A DNA stretch of 64,000 nucleotides from a virus: positions 1 through 64,000 of IMG/VR virus record IMGVR_UViG_3300044475_000063. One strand, written 5' to 3'. Positions 8,787 through 18,713 of this stretch are shown piece after piece. A program made the translations under genes and the position numbers. The first letter of the stretch is position 1. Each line of letters starts with the position of its first letter. The notes under the pieces are model-generated. The model worked only from the letters and a program-made list of their open reading frames with translations, was not told the origin of the DNA and made no database searches.

Positions 8787-10574
8787 ATGATTGTGCGTGA
8801 ATTGATTACCCGTTTCGGATTTGATTTGAATCAGGCCCAATTGCGGCGCTATGAGCAAGGCGTGAATAACTTCCGCCGCCAAGCGGACGAGGCGGCAGAC
8901 TCATTCCGCAACATGTTTGCTGCTTTCCTTGGCTTTGGTGCTATTCGTGGGATTGCCCGTGTAGCAGATGATATGCAATCGCTTGAGGCCCGAGTAGGTC
9001 AATTGCCTCAGACTATCACGAGCGCGGCTGATGCTTTCGATATGGTTACGGCTCGTGCCAGTGCTGCACGTCAATCCATCGACGCTTACACTAACTTTTA
9101 CATCAAGCTACAACACGCTGGCAAAGAATTTATCAAGACCCAAGAGGAAGGGCTTTTGATTACTGACACGATCAGTAAGGCTCTTATTCTTGGCGGCGCT
9201 ACGGCGCAGGAACAAGCCTCTACGCTGCTTCAATTCGGACAAGCAATCGGCTCAAACGTGCTGCAAGGCGATGAATTCCGCGCCTTGTCCGAATCCGCGC
9301 CTCAGTTGGTTGACGCGATATCGAAGCAATTGAATATTGCTCGCAGCGATCTTAAGAAGTACGCGAGCGAAGGAAAGCTAACCTCAAAAGTCGTTGTTGA
9401 AGCAGTCAAGGCAATATCGAGCGAATTCGATCAGCGATTTAAAGAAATGCCGCTGACAATTGGAGCCGCAACTACAGTAGTTGCTAATCGTTGGGCTGTA
9501 TTCATCAACCGCTTGAATCGTGAAAGTTCAGCAGTTACAAAGACTGCAAACTTTTTCTTGAAGTCGTTTGATGCAATCGAAAGCGGATTGGCGGATATGG
9601 TCAAGTTCTTCGGCGGCGCAACTAATACGCTCAAGTTCTTCGGCATCGCCTTGGCTACTGCACTTGCTCCGTTTGTGTTCCGTACTGCTGCTGGGGCAAT
9701 TGCTTTCCTGCTGTCACCCATGGGCCTTCTGCTGGCCTCCTTGCTGTTGATCGGCTTGGCTATTGAGGACTTCTATCAATGGATGACAGGCGGGCAATCG
9801 GTCTTCCAGCAGTGGTTTGGCAACTTCGATGAGGCCATGAAAAAGTTGAGGGAATACGAAGGTGTAATCACCTTTGTGCGCGATGCTGTAATCGTCGCTG
9901 TTGGCGTCATGGCGCTTAATTGGACTTGGGCGGCTGGCGTAGCTGTGGCAAGTGCCGCTAAAGCTTTTGGGGCTTGGGTTGCAGGGCTTGCGCGCTTCGG
10001 TATCGCTATGGCAGCTAATTTGCTGGCAGTAGGAGCATGGGTCGTAGGCATTTTGGCGCAAACCGCTGTCCTAGTTGCTGGCTGGGTAGCATCTTTCATA
10101 AGTATGGCGCTTGCTGCCGCGCCAGTTGTTTTGCCCATACTCGCAATCATTGCAGCGATTGGACTGCTGGTTGCAGGTATTTATTACCTTTACAAAAATT
10201 GGGATAAAGTATGGGGCGGGATAAAAGACATCGCTTCCAATGTTTGGGATGGCATAGCGGGCGGATTTAATGCAATGGTAAATAAGCTAAAAGGCTATTG
10301 GAATTCGTTTAAGTCGTTCTTTGGAATGAAGGTAGATACGACTCTCGGTGCTAGTAGTGGCGTTCCTGTTGTCACGCCTACAGTTGCCGCTGGTGCTGCT
10401 GTGGCAGGAGGCGGCGTAGCTGGTGCAGGCTCATCGGTAGTCATCAATCAGACGCTTCCTCCTGGCACTACCGCAGAAACGGCCCAAGCAGCTAAGGATG
10501 CAACGCAGCGCGCCGTAGACTCAGCGTTTGACGTTGGCCGTTTGTCGCGGCAGATGGGGCAGGTGGGCGGATGA
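8787..10574 (+). CDS. tail tape measure protein
   Basis: 595 aa. N-terminal tape-measure motif (LQFGQAIGSNVLQGDEFRAL), central TM-rich region, Gly/Ala-rich C-terminus. Confidence 0.9.
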   Translation: MIVRELITRFGFDLNQAQLRRYEQGVNNFRRQADEAADSFRNMFAAFLGFGAIRGIARVADDMQSLEARVGQLPQTITSAADAFDMVTARASAARQSIDAYTNFYIKLQHAGKEFIKTQEEGLLITDTISKALILGGATAQEQASTLLQFGQAIGSNVLQGDEFRALSESAPQLVDAISKQLNIARSDLKKYASEGKLTSKVVVEAVKAISSEFDQRFKEMPLTIGAATTVVANRWAVFINRLNRESSAVTKTANFFLKSFDAIESGLADMVKFFGGATNTLKFFGIALATALAPFVFRTAAGAIAFLLSPMGLLLASLLLIGLAIEDFYQWMTGGQSVFQQWFGNFDEAMKKLREYEGVITFVRDAVIVAVGVMALNWTWAAGVAVASAAKAFGAWVAGLARFGIAMAANLLAVGAWVVGILAQTAVLVAGWVASFISMALAAAPVVLPILAIIAAIGLLVAGIYYLYKNWDKVWGGIKDIASNVWDGIAGGFNAMVNKLKGYWNSFKSFFGMKVDTTLGASSGVPVVTPTVAAGAAVAGGGVAGAGSSVVINQTLPPGTTAETAQAAKDATQRAVDSAFDVGRLSRQMGQVGG

Positions 10575-11227
10575 GCGATCAAGTAGGCGTGTTGTTCAAC
10601 TCGGGGAAAGCCACCTCTCGGTTTGAGTCGGATTTGTTTTCGGTTGAGTTTGACGCGAACTTAAGCGAGGGACATTCTTGGTCTAACGATATCACGGCTA
10701 ATCCAGTAGAGCGCGGGGCGGACGTTACCGACCATATCCGCGAGATTCCAGACCAAGTTACGCTGGTGGGCTTCGTGACGAATACGCCGTTTATCGACTC
10801 GCCTGATGGGAATACTATTACTGACGACAGCGAGGACCGTGTACAGGCTGTGATTGACCGTCTAAAACAGATTCGTGCTGAACGATCTACGGTAATGGTA
10901 TTCACGAAATACGTTCTGTACGAAGATATGGCTATCAAGTCAGTTGACTTCACGCGTGACGCAAGCAACACGAATGCGGTAATTTTTACTGTTCAGTTTC
11001 AGCATATTCGTTTTGCAGAAAATCAAACGGTGGAAGTTCCTGCTGGGATCAGTAAGAAGCTTGATAAAAAGGCAGATGCGAGTACGCAAAAGAAAACCGA
11101 GCCTCAAAAATCAGGTGGTGCAAAACAACCAAAAGCGCCAGAACAATCTAGCTCTGTGCTGTCTAGCACATTGCCTAAATTAAAGAATTTCATATTGGGG
11201 ACTCAGCCTACATTCCCCGGAGGTTAA
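10571..11227 (+). CDS. tail/baseplate protein (hypothetical)
   Basis: ATGA-coupled to the tape measure gene, 218 aa. Paralog at 59812..60468. Confidence 0.55.
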   Translation: MSDQVGVLFNSGKATSRFESDLFSVEFDANLSEGHSWSNDITANPVERGADVTDHIREIPDQVTLVGFVTNTPFIDSPDGNTITDDSEDRVQAVIDRLKQIRAERSTVMVFTKYVLYEDMAIKSVDFTRDASNTNAVIFTVQFQHIRFAENQTVEVPAGISKKLDKKADASTQKKTEPQKSGGAKQPKAPEQSSSVLSSTLPKLKNFILGTQPTFPGG

Positions 11228-11233
11228 AGAGCT

Positions 11234-11599
11234 ATGGCAATCATTTTTGAAATACCATTGCTGCCAAATTCAGCGGATCAGACGTTAGATATAACGATTG
11301 AAAACGTCCCTTATACAATGCGCGTTTTATGGAATGTTCGTTTTGAGTATTTCTCTTTAAGCATTTACGAAAAAGGCGGGGATGCTATCTTAACCAATGT
11401 AAAGATGGTTCCTTACTATCCATTGGTAGCTAGGTATCAGCGCTTGCCTTTTGCTGGTGACTTATATTTTGTTCATCGTGGTGGTAAGACATATCGTCCG
11501 GGTTATGAGGATATCGGCGGAGTAACATATGGCTTGTACTATTATGATGCTGAAACGCCATTGTCTTTGCCGTTTCCGCTAGAGCCTATAGGATTCTGA
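11234..11599 (+). CDS. tail/baseplate protein (hypothetical)
   Basis: 121 aa. Paralog at 60474..60839. Confidence 0.55.
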   Translation: MAIIFEIPLLPNSADQTLDITIENVPYTMRVLWNVRFEYFSLSIYEKGGDAILTNVKMVPYYPLVARYQRLPFAGDLYFVHRGGKTYRPGYEDIGGVTYGLYYYDAETPLSLPFPLEPIGF

Positions 11600-11600
11600 A

Positions 11601-12533
11601 ATGCCTTTGTTTGATAGAGTTGCTGAATTGATCGTTGGGCAATCTGGTAAAGAAGGATTGCTAATCAAAGATTTGCGCATGTCTTTTTCAATTGAAAAGA
11701 CGCTCACTGAAACGCTAAATACATCGACCATTCGCATTTACAACCTTAACGCTACCTCGCGCAAGTTGGTCGAGACGCCAAATAACGCGGTTATCCTCAA
11801 GGCTGGGTATCGGCAAGACAAAGGCGCGCTGACGATATTCGTAGGCATTGTTCGCCGCTCTTTGACCGTACGTGAGGGCGTTGATTGGGTGACTGAGCTA
11901 GAGCTTGATGATGGATTGATTGCATACCGTGACAGTAAGTTTTCAACTAGCTTTCCTCCCGGCGCTAAAGGCGTTGATGTGCTTCGCCAGATCGCAAACA
12001 AGTTCGGCATTGCGGTGGGAAAACTGCCGGATGCTATCGAGCAAAAGATTTACCCTAACGGGTTCTCGTTCGTTGGCCGCGCTCGTGATGCTATGGCTAA
12101 GGTCTGCAATTATTTGGGCCTTGAGTGGTCGATTCAAAATCAGACCATTCAGGTACTCAAAAAAGGCGGCTACCGTGAGCGAACTGCTATAGTCATATCT
12201 ACGGATACTGGCATGATTAAATCGCCGCAGCTTGAGGCAAAGACAATGAGTGACAAGCTGGCAGCAAAGCAGGGTTTGACGACAAATAGCGCAGGCGTAG
12301 TTACGAAGAAATCAGACAAGTTGACGGTAAGCGGGAATCCTCCGAAAGATCGCCTAGAGGTTCAAGGCTACAAGGTTGAAACGCTTATGCAGCCTACTAT
12401 TTTGCCCGGTGACGTTGTAAAGGTTAAGGCGGAAGGCATTGATAACTTCTTCAAAGTGGAGAAAGTGACGCATCAGGGCGATACCCACGGGGATGAATGG
12501 GTATCCGAGTGCAGCGTACGCTTTGTAAATTGA
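11601..12533 (+). CDS. baseplate hub-like protein
   Basis: 310 aa, position between tape measure and spike. Highly conserved paralog at 60841..61773. Confidence 0.55.
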   Translation: MPLFDRVAELIVGQSGKEGLLIKDLRMSFSIEKTLTETLNTSTIRIYNLNATSRKLVETPNNAVILKAGYRQDKGALTIFVGIVRRSLTVREGVDWVTELELDDGLIAYRDSKFSTSFPPGAKGVDVLRQIANKFGIAVGKLPDAIEQKIYPNGFSFVGRARDAMAKVCNYLGLEWSIQNQTIQVLKKGGYRERTAIVISTDTGMIKSPQLEAKTMSDKLAAKQGLTTNSAGVVTKKSDKLTVSGNPPKDRLEVQGYKVETLMQPTILPGDVVKVKAEGIDNFFKVEKVTHQGDTHGDEWVSECSVRFVN

Positions 12534-12534
12534 T

Positions 12535-13125
12535 ATGGCAGAAGACACTAGCGACTTCCTAGCAAGCTTTAAGAACGTCATCCAAAGTGAGATGATGGGC
12601 TTGAATACGTCTGTAGAAGGCACTGTTGAATCATATTCTGGCGGTCTAGCAACCATTCTTCCAGATGCAAATAAATATTTCTCGGATGGTGATGTTTTGC
12701 CATTTCCTAAGCTTTTTAAAGTTCCTATCCGATGGCCGTCTTTCAATGGTGGCCTTTGTGGCGTTAAAGGGCCAATTCGTGCTGGTGATAAGGTCTTGGT
12801 AGTCTTTGCACAGCAAGCTAGGGACGGAACCGACGACGACCGACGTTTTGACATTACAGATGCATATGCCATTCCTTGTGGGAGTGCTATGGTTGGCGAG
12901 GCCGACGACAATGATAATTTTTCACTGTGGTTTCTAGATGCTTATATAAAAATAACTAAGGGTGGTGGTGTTAAAATATATGCACCCGGCGGCGTAAGGG
13001 CTGAGACTCCATCGCTTACCTCTACCGGGAATTTGTCCGCTGGCTCTGGTGCTACAGGCACATTCAATACTGCATCTGGAAATGTTGTTACCGTTCAAGA
13101 CGGCATAATTACGAATATATTCTGA
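12535..13125 (+). CDS. baseplate central spike (gpV/Gp138 N-terminal OB-fold-like)
   Basis: 196 aa. The N-terminal 130 aa are collinear with 61775..62449; the C-terminus differs. Confidence 0.65.
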   Translation: MAEDTSDFLASFKNVIQSEMMGLNTSVEGTVESYSGGLATILPDANKYFSDGDVLPFPKLFKVPIRWPSFNGGLCGVKGPIRAGDKVLVVFAQQARDGTDDDRRFDITDAYAIPCGSAMVGEADDNDNFSLWFLDAYIKITKGGGVKIYAPGGVRAETPSLTSTGNLSAGSGATGTFNTASGNVVTVQDGIITNIF

Positions 13126-13132
13126 GGTAAAA

Positions 13133-13513
13133 ATGAACCCGCAAGGCAGTTCTCTAATAAATGCAGACCATTTTAAGAATTTGGCAAAATCGCTAAAGGG
13201 CGCTGAATCTTGCGAAGAGTTGCAAGTTCTCGTTGACGAGGCAATGAGTTCAATCTCGGCGGTAGAGGACGCTATTGCTAGTGAGTTGGCTAAAGCTAAT
13301 GCTTTGCTGGCTCTTTTAGTCGTTCCGGGTGCCAATTTGGGGCAAATTGTGACGTGGATAACAAACGTGGTTAACAATTTCCTTACGCCTCTAGTTAAGC
13401 CAACTATTACTTTCCCGGCCCAACTTGCTGAAATAACATTGGCGATTCAGGAATTAAAAGATGCAATCGACAGCTTGAAGTTGCAATTCCCTAATTGCTC
13501 TATAAGCTATTAA
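13133..13513 (+). CDS. hypothetical protein specific to copy 1 (possible spike tip/cap)
   Basis: 126 aa, helical-looking, RBS GAGGT. No counterpart between the spike and DUF2634 genes in copy 2. Confidence 0.55.
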   Translation: MNPQGSSLINADHFKNLAKSLKGAESCEELQVLVDEAMSSISAVEDAIASELAKANALLALLVVPGANLGQIVTWITNVVNNFLTPLVKPTITFPAQLAEITLAIQELKDAIDSLKLQFPNCSISY

Positions 13514-13516
13514 TTT

Positions 13517-13870
13517 ATGGCAGACGATATCTATCTTGATCCAATAACGCATGATTTGTCTGTGACAAATCTTGATCTGCACATTGTGAAAGGTGCTGAT
13601 AGAGTTCGCCAAAATCTCTTGATAAAGCTTAGGCTTTGGACAAATGAATGGTTTTTAGATATGGAGGCTGGAACTCCATATTTAGAGAGGATTTTAGGAA
13701 AGCAGATCACGCTGAATGCTGCTAATGCTGCATTGAGGAAGTCAATTCTTGAGGTTGCTGATGTTAAGTCAATTACTTCTCTAAGAATGAATTTCTCACG
13801 CTCAGAAAGAAAACTAACAGTTTCATTTGAGTGCGACACTGAATATGGATTGATTAGGATGAATAGCTAA
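13517..13870 (+). CDS. baseplate protein (DUF2634/XkdS-like)
   Basis: 117 aa with motif LD..T.DL......G.D.V.Q.L...L....GEWFLD. Paralog at 62458..62808. Confidence 0.65.
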   Translation: MADDIYLDPITHDLSVTNLDLHIVKGADRVRQNLLIKLRLWTNEWFLDMEAGTPYLERILGKQITLNAANAALRKSILEVADVKSITSLRMNFSRSERKLTVSFECDTEYGLIRMNS

Positions 13871-15294
13871 TGGCACTCACCGAAGAAGGTTTTGAGCGGA
13901 CTAGGCTTGCTGAGTTCAAAGAGCAACTAGACCAGCGTATGAATAATGCATTGGGGCCGGTTAATACTGGCCCTGATGCTGTTGTTGGTCAAATAGACGG
14001 CATTCTTGCAGAGGCTTTTGACAACTTCTCGGAGGCGTTGCAAGACGTTTATGATAGCCTCTATCCGTACAGCGCAGAGGGAACTAGCCTAGACGGTGCT
14101 GTGGCCTTGGTGGGGCTATCGCGTCTGCCAGCTACCTATACAACCGTGAATGCCGTTGCTTACGGCGCAGAAGGAACGCTTGTCGCCGCTGGTTCTCTGG
14201 CTCGTGCAGATATCCAGTATTCTAGTACGTCTGATGTTGTAATCAGCCGTGCGAGTGTGGTTGATGCTGAAATTCAGGTTGGCGCGGTGGCCGCTTCGAC
14301 CGCATATCAGATCATTGCTGGTGGCGTATCTGAGACTTACACGAGTTCCGCAAGCCCAACTGAAGAAGAGATTTTGAATGGCCTTGCTGCCCAATTTGAT
14401 CCTTTGCAAGTTACCGCAGTAGTTAATGGCCTGACGCTGCGCCTCACTTCGGCAGATAAGATCACGCCATTTGCACTTACTGTGGACAGCAAGCTCAATA
14501 TTACAAAGCGCGGTTCACCAATCGTTTTTGTCGCTTCAAGCACGGGAGCCAATGCGGTTCCAATCGGTGCTTTAAGCATCATTGACACTCCTACGCTTGG
14601 ATGGGACTCAGTAACCAATTTGGTTATTGGCGATGTTGGCCGAAATGTAGAGACTGACATTGAATTGCGCCTTCGTCATGCGTCGTCGGTGCGGTCTACT
14701 GGCTCGGCTACTGTAGAAGCTATTAAAGCTCGCATGCTAGCTGATGTGCCTGCGGTCACGTCGATCAAAATCTATGAGAACAGAACTTCTGTGACAAGTA
14801 GTGATGGCATCCCGCCGCATGCGTTTGAATCGGTCATTGTAGGCGGCAACGATCAGGCAATCGGGAACGAGCTTTGGCTTGTAAAGCCAGCAGGCATTGA
14901 GACTCATGGAAACGTGACCGTGACCGTACAAGACTCTGCGGGCGATGCTCAGATCGTAAAATTCAGCCGTGCAGTAAGCAAATATGGCTGGATTACTGTC
15001 GCCGTCACGGCTTTGAACAGTGAGGAAACTTTGCCTACAGATGCCGCTGCCGCTATCAAACAAGCGGTTGTTGACTATGCAAACGCAAATCTCAACAATG
15101 GCGATGATGTGATTTTGCAGCGCTTCTATGGGCCTATTTACGATAGCGTACCGGGTATTGGTCAGATGACGATTACGGGCGCTATTACGGCCTCTCCTGG
15201 CGATACCCCAACTTATTCCGCTTCTAATATCGTTATCGGAAAATCTGAGCGAGCAGTATTTGATATCTCGCGTGTTGTAGTTACGGGGGTTTAA
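13870..15294 (+). CDS. baseplate J-like protein
   Basis: 474 aa; N-terminal pattern typical of the Baseplate_J family. Paralog starts at 62805. Confidence 0.8.
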   Translation: MALTEEGFERTRLAEFKEQLDQRMNNALGPVNTGPDAVVGQIDGILAEAFDNFSEALQDVYDSLYPYSAEGTSLDGAVALVGLSRLPATYTTVNAVAYGAEGTLVAAGSLARADIQYSSTSDVVISRASVVDAEIQVGAVAASTAYQIIAGGVSETYTSSASPTEEEILNGLAAQFDPLQVTAVVNGLTLRLTSADKITPFALTVDSKLNITKRGSPIVFVASSTGANAVPIGALSIIDTPTLGWDSVTNLVIGDVGRNVETDIELRLRHASSVRSTGSATVEAIKARMLADVPAVTSIKIYENRTSVTSSDGIPPHAFESVIVGGNDQAIGNELWLVKPAGIETHGNVTVTVQDSAGDAQIVKFSRAVSKYGWITVAVTALNSEETLPTDAAAAIKQAVVDYANANLNNGDDVILQRFYGPIYDSVPGIGQMTITGAITASPGDTPTYSASNIVIGKSERAVFDISRVVVTGV

Positions 15295-16028
15295 TGCTGG
15301 ACTATGAAGGCATAGCCGAAGGAAGGCTAACAAACCAATTCCAAGAAGCGCCGAAGCTTAAAGCGATGGTGCGCGCTCTTGTATCGCCACTCGTTGATCT
15401 TGAAAATCAGGCCGATGAATTGCGTACTGAGCGTTGGATAGGCACGGCTGTAGGCGTACAACTTGACGGTTTAGGATACTTGGTGCGCGAGCCTCGCCTC
15501 GGTCGCACTGACGAAGAATACAGAGAGGCAATTCTATTCCGCATCTTTGTCAATACCTCAAATGCTACGCCGCGTGACTTGATTCGGGCTATCTATTCGC
15601 TTACCAAGCCTGATGAAGTTCAGTATATCGAGCAATACCCGGCGACGGCTATGTTGTTCACGGATGGGCCTGTTATACCTTCAAATCTTCAGCAGATCAT
15701 GCAGGGGCTAGCGCCAGCAGCTATCAGCCAAGTTCCTATTCTTGTTTCGTATAGCTTCAAAAGCCCTTTCAGGTTTGGCCGAAGCTCGCCTCCGTCAGAG
15801 CTTTTCGTAAATAACGACGCTGATTATCTGACTGCTAACGATGCTGATCTTCAAGTTCAAGTAGAAAATGTCTCGACAGGCTCTAGATTGGCTGGTATTT
15901 CTGCTGCTGATCTAATGGTGAACGAGCAATATCTTGAGCTAAGTGACGGCAGCACATTGGCTATCAATACGCCAAACTATGCGACAGTGGTAGAATCTGG
16001 ATATAACCTCGTGGGCGTATTCCAATGA
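15294..16028 (+). CDS. baseplate/tail-fibre connector (DUF2612-like)
   Basis: 244 aa, coupled to the J-like gene. Confidence 0.6.
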   Translation: MLDYEGIAEGRLTNQFQEAPKLKAMVRALVSPLVDLENQADELRTERWIGTAVGVQLDGLGYLVREPRLGRTDEEYREAILFRIFVNTSNATPRDLIRAIYSLTKPDEVQYIEQYPATAMLFTDGPVIPSNLQQIMQGLAPAAISQVPILVSYSFKSPFRFGRSSPPSELFVNNDADYLTANDADLQVQVENVSTGSRLAGISAADLMVNEQYLELSDGSTLAINTPNYATVVESGYNLVGVFQ

Positions 16029-16465
16029 CATCATTTGCAGAAAACAGTGTAAATTTTCCTGATGGACAGGTTAATGTTCAGCCGCCGCCTGATGCAACGC
16101 TTTTTTCTGGATTTATCCCAGAGCAAGCCGGTACTAGGGGCCAGCCTTTGGCTGCACAGTGGTTGAATTGGCTTTTCCGCCAACTCTTCCGGCTTGCTAA
16201 TCGAGACAAAGTAGGTGACGCATCAGGAGTGGGGCTTTTCCCATACCCTAACGCCATGATCCGACTTGACGCTGTTGATATGACGGATAACACGAAATTC
16301 CTTGTGGCAGTGGGATACAAAGGCGCTACTGGCGCTCACTTCCTACGCGTCACGGCTAGCTCTGGCCTAGCATTAGGCTCATCTACGGTTGACGGGAATC
16401 AAGCTATAACAGGCGGCACAAACATTCGATGCGTTGGCTATAACCGTATGATTGGAGATATTTAA
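16025..16465 (+). CDS. tail fibre-associated protein
   Basis: 146 aa, ATGA-coupled. Call is from position only. Confidence 0.5.
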   Translation: MTSFAENSVNFPDGQVNVQPPPDATLFSGFIPEQAGTRGQPLAAQWLNWLFRQLFRLANRDKVGDASGVGLFPYPNAMIRLDAVDMTDNTKFLVAVGYKGATGAHFLRVTASSGLALGSSTVDGNQAITGGTNIRCVGYNRMIGDI

Positions 16466-17361
16466 TGGCACTGACGCCAACAGAAGAAGCACAACTTCGC
16501 CAACTAATTGCCCAAGAAGCGGCATTGCTTTCGCTAGCCGGTAATGAGCCGACCATCATAAGCAAGCTTGGCGCTGCTAAAGTAAATCTCTCTCAGCTTC
16601 CGGCGGCTAGCTCAGTAAGCGATGCTGATCTGATATTGTTAAGGCAGGGTACGTCAGATAAAAGCGCGACTTTGGGCAGTGCTAGAGGTCAGGGTAGGTT
16701 AATTGGGGTTCAAGTATTTCCGGCAAGCGGGACATATACGCCAAGCGCTGGCCTTACTTCCGCCATTGTTGAAGTTCAAGGTGGTGGGGGCGCTGGTGGT
16801 GGGTCATCTTCTACTGGGGCTGGTCAAGTCGCTATCTGTGGAGGCGGCGGCGGCGGTTCATATGGTCTTGGACGTTTAACATCAGCTCAAATTGGCGCTA
16901 GTGTTGCAGTAACAGTTGGGGCTGGCGGTGTAGGCTCAGCCGGTGCATCTGGTGGAAATGGCGGTGCTAGTAGCTTTGGTACGCTTATTTCTGCGCCAGG
17001 AGGCTTGGGGGCTGTTAATCATGGAGCGGCATCACCTTCTAGTGTTGACTCTATTCAAGGCAGTTCTGCTAGTTCGGCTGCTACTGGATCAGGAGCAAAT
17101 TTACTCGCTTTGCCGGGTTCAATAGGTGGGAATGGCTTTGTGTCCACAGTATCTGTTTATGGTGGTGCTGGCGGTGGCTCTCCTATGGCGCATGCATCAG
17201 GCGGTGGCCTTCCAGTAGGTATAGGCTCTGGCGGTTCGGCAGGAATGGCAGGAACGACGCCGGGTTCTGGCGGTGGTGGGGCCGCTAGTGCCGCCAACGA
17301 CATTGCGCGTGCTGGTGGAAATGGTTTTAGAGGTCAAGTTATCGTATGGGAATACGCATAG
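16465..17361 (+). CDS. glycine-rich tail fibre protein
   Basis: 298 aa, Gly/Ala/Ser-rich C-terminal two thirds ending GGNGFRGQVIVWEYA. Last gene of the tail module. Confidence 0.65.
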   Translation: MALTPTEEAQLRQLIAQEAALLSLAGNEPTIISKLGAAKVNLSQLPAASSVSDADLILLRQGTSDKSATLGSARGQGRLIGVQVFPASGTYTPSAGLTSAIVEVQGGGGAGGGSSSTGAGQVAICGGGGGGSYGLGRLTSAQIGASVAVTVGAGGVGSAGASGGNGGASSFGTLISAPGGLGAVNHGAASPSSVDSIQGSSASSAATGSGANLLALPGSIGGNGFVSTVSVYGGAGGGSPMAHASGGGLPVGIGSGGSAGMAGTTPGSGGGGAASAANDIARAGGNGFRGQVIVWEYA

Positions 17362-17389
17362 GTTTTTAACTCAGTAAGAAAGGCAACAA

Positions 17390-17494
17390 ATGAAAATTTA
17401 TCAAATGTCTGGTCACGGCGATCCACCACCAAAGCCGCGCAAGCTGCCAGAGCCTCAAGCAGTCCCGCCAGTGGACGACGAGCCTAAGTCGTAA
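17390..17494 (+). CDS. small Pro-rich ORF (34 aa)
   Basis: Below the ORF-track cutoff. ATG at 17390; its stop abuts the next start. Confidence 0.25.
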   Translation: MKIYQMSGHGDPPPKPRKLPEPQAVPPVDDEPKS

Positions 17495-17495
17495 A

Positions 17496-17894
17496 ATGCT
17501 GTACGCGGCATTTGGGGTATTTGTACTGATTGCCGCAGTCCTCAACTCAGAGGACAAGAAAACGCTCGCGCTCTGCCTCGTGGTAAGCGCGGGCTTTTTT
17601 TCGCCACTCCCAAAAAACGATTGGTTGATGTTCTATGTGTGTGGCATTTGCACTGAATTGTGCGTTGCCTTACTCGCTTGGCGTTTAAATTGCGCCGCTT
17701 CTAAACCAATCGTGGTAGTGTCGTTCTCAATGGCGCTCTGTCACGCAGCAGGGATAATTTACGATGGATACCCGCCACTTAGCCCGTACAGAATTCTCGT
17801 GCCAGCCTTTGAGCTTGCAGAACCGATTTTCATCATTCTTACTTCGCGTTGGGTTTCAAGCCTACTTCACAATCATGAATCGCCGTCTGTCTGA
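17496..17894 (+). CDS. membrane protein (about 4 TM)
   Basis: 132 aa, hydrophobic segments, upstream of the lysis genes. Confidence 0.5.
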   Translation: MLYAAFGVFVLIAAVLNSEDKKTLALCLVVSAGFFSPLPKNDWLMFYVCGICTELCVALLAWRLNCAASKPIVVVSFSMALCHAAGIIYDGYPPLSPYRILVPAFELAEPIFIILTSRWVSSLLHNHESPSV

Positions 17895-18303
17895 TTACGC
17901 ATTGACTTTGCTCCGAATCTACATGGGCGGGAATGCTATTGTTTCGTGGCATACGGCTATGAGTGAGCCGCGCTCGTTGATTGCTGAGTCGACAAAAACG
18001 CCTGATTCTCAGGTGCTTATATGGCTGCTAGGCGTTGTGGGAGTCCTATTCGTAATAGACGTTATAATTAATGACATTATGCCAAAGCGCTTTATTTGGA
18101 AGCGAGCGCTAAAACATCGGCACTTTCTGTTTTCCGCTTTGGCCTACTGTTACGTTGCGCAATTGTTTGTAGGTGTTATGGCACATCAAGGCGTAGCACT
18201 TTTAATTTCTTTCGTCTGGAATGCCTCGATAATTATGGTTGCGGCATTTTTGGACGCGAAAAAACGTTCAAGGGACGCGGGATGCGCAATGTTATACAAC
18301 TGA
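17875..18303 (+). CDS. membrane protein
   Basis: Internal ATG at 17875 (MNRRLSDY..) of ORF 17764..18303. Several TM segments. Confidence 0.45.
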   Translation: MNRRLSDYALTLLRIYMGGNAIVSWHTAMSEPRSLIAESTKTPDSQVLIWLLGVVGVLFVIDVIINDIMPKRFIWKRALKHRHFLFSALAYCYVAQLFVGVMAHQGVALLISFVWNASIIMVAAFLDAKKRSRDAGCAMLYN

Positions 18304-18713
18304 AGAAGTTTGTCTTTGCATGGCTGATAGTTCTATGGAGCGTGGCCGCATGGGCGGCTGAATCAACCTTCGCAAAAGATATGGCTTCTATTCCTTTGGA
18401 AGCTATTCAGTTGACAGTATTTCTAGCATTTATCGGTGGATTAGCTTTTACTACCAACAAAATATCTCGGCCTGATGTAATCGTTAAAAACGTGTGGCTG
18501 GAAATGGCAAAAGATATTTTGATGTCTCTTGTCGCTGGTCTGATTACCTTCTTTTTTACCTCGTGGGTTGGCTCGCCGTACTGGCTGCAAGCTGGCCTGA
18601 TTACCATTTCTGGCTATGGTGGATCAAAAGCACTCGATAAGTATCTGAACGATGCTTTATTCGCTTGGATCGATAAGGCAAAGCCAGCGCCAACCGGAGA
18701 TAAAGCACCATGA
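18282..18713 (+). CDS. holin-like membrane protein
   Basis: ATG at 18282 (MRNVIQLKK..). TM segments; ATGA-coupled to the endolysin. Confidence 0.5.
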   Translation: MRNVIQLKKFVFAWLIVLWSVAAWAAESTFAKDMASIPLEAIQLTVFLAFIGGLAFTTNKISRPDVIVKNVWLEMAKDILMSLVAGLITFFFTSWVGSPYWLQAGLITISGYGGSKALDKYLNDALFAWIDKAKPAPTGDKAP

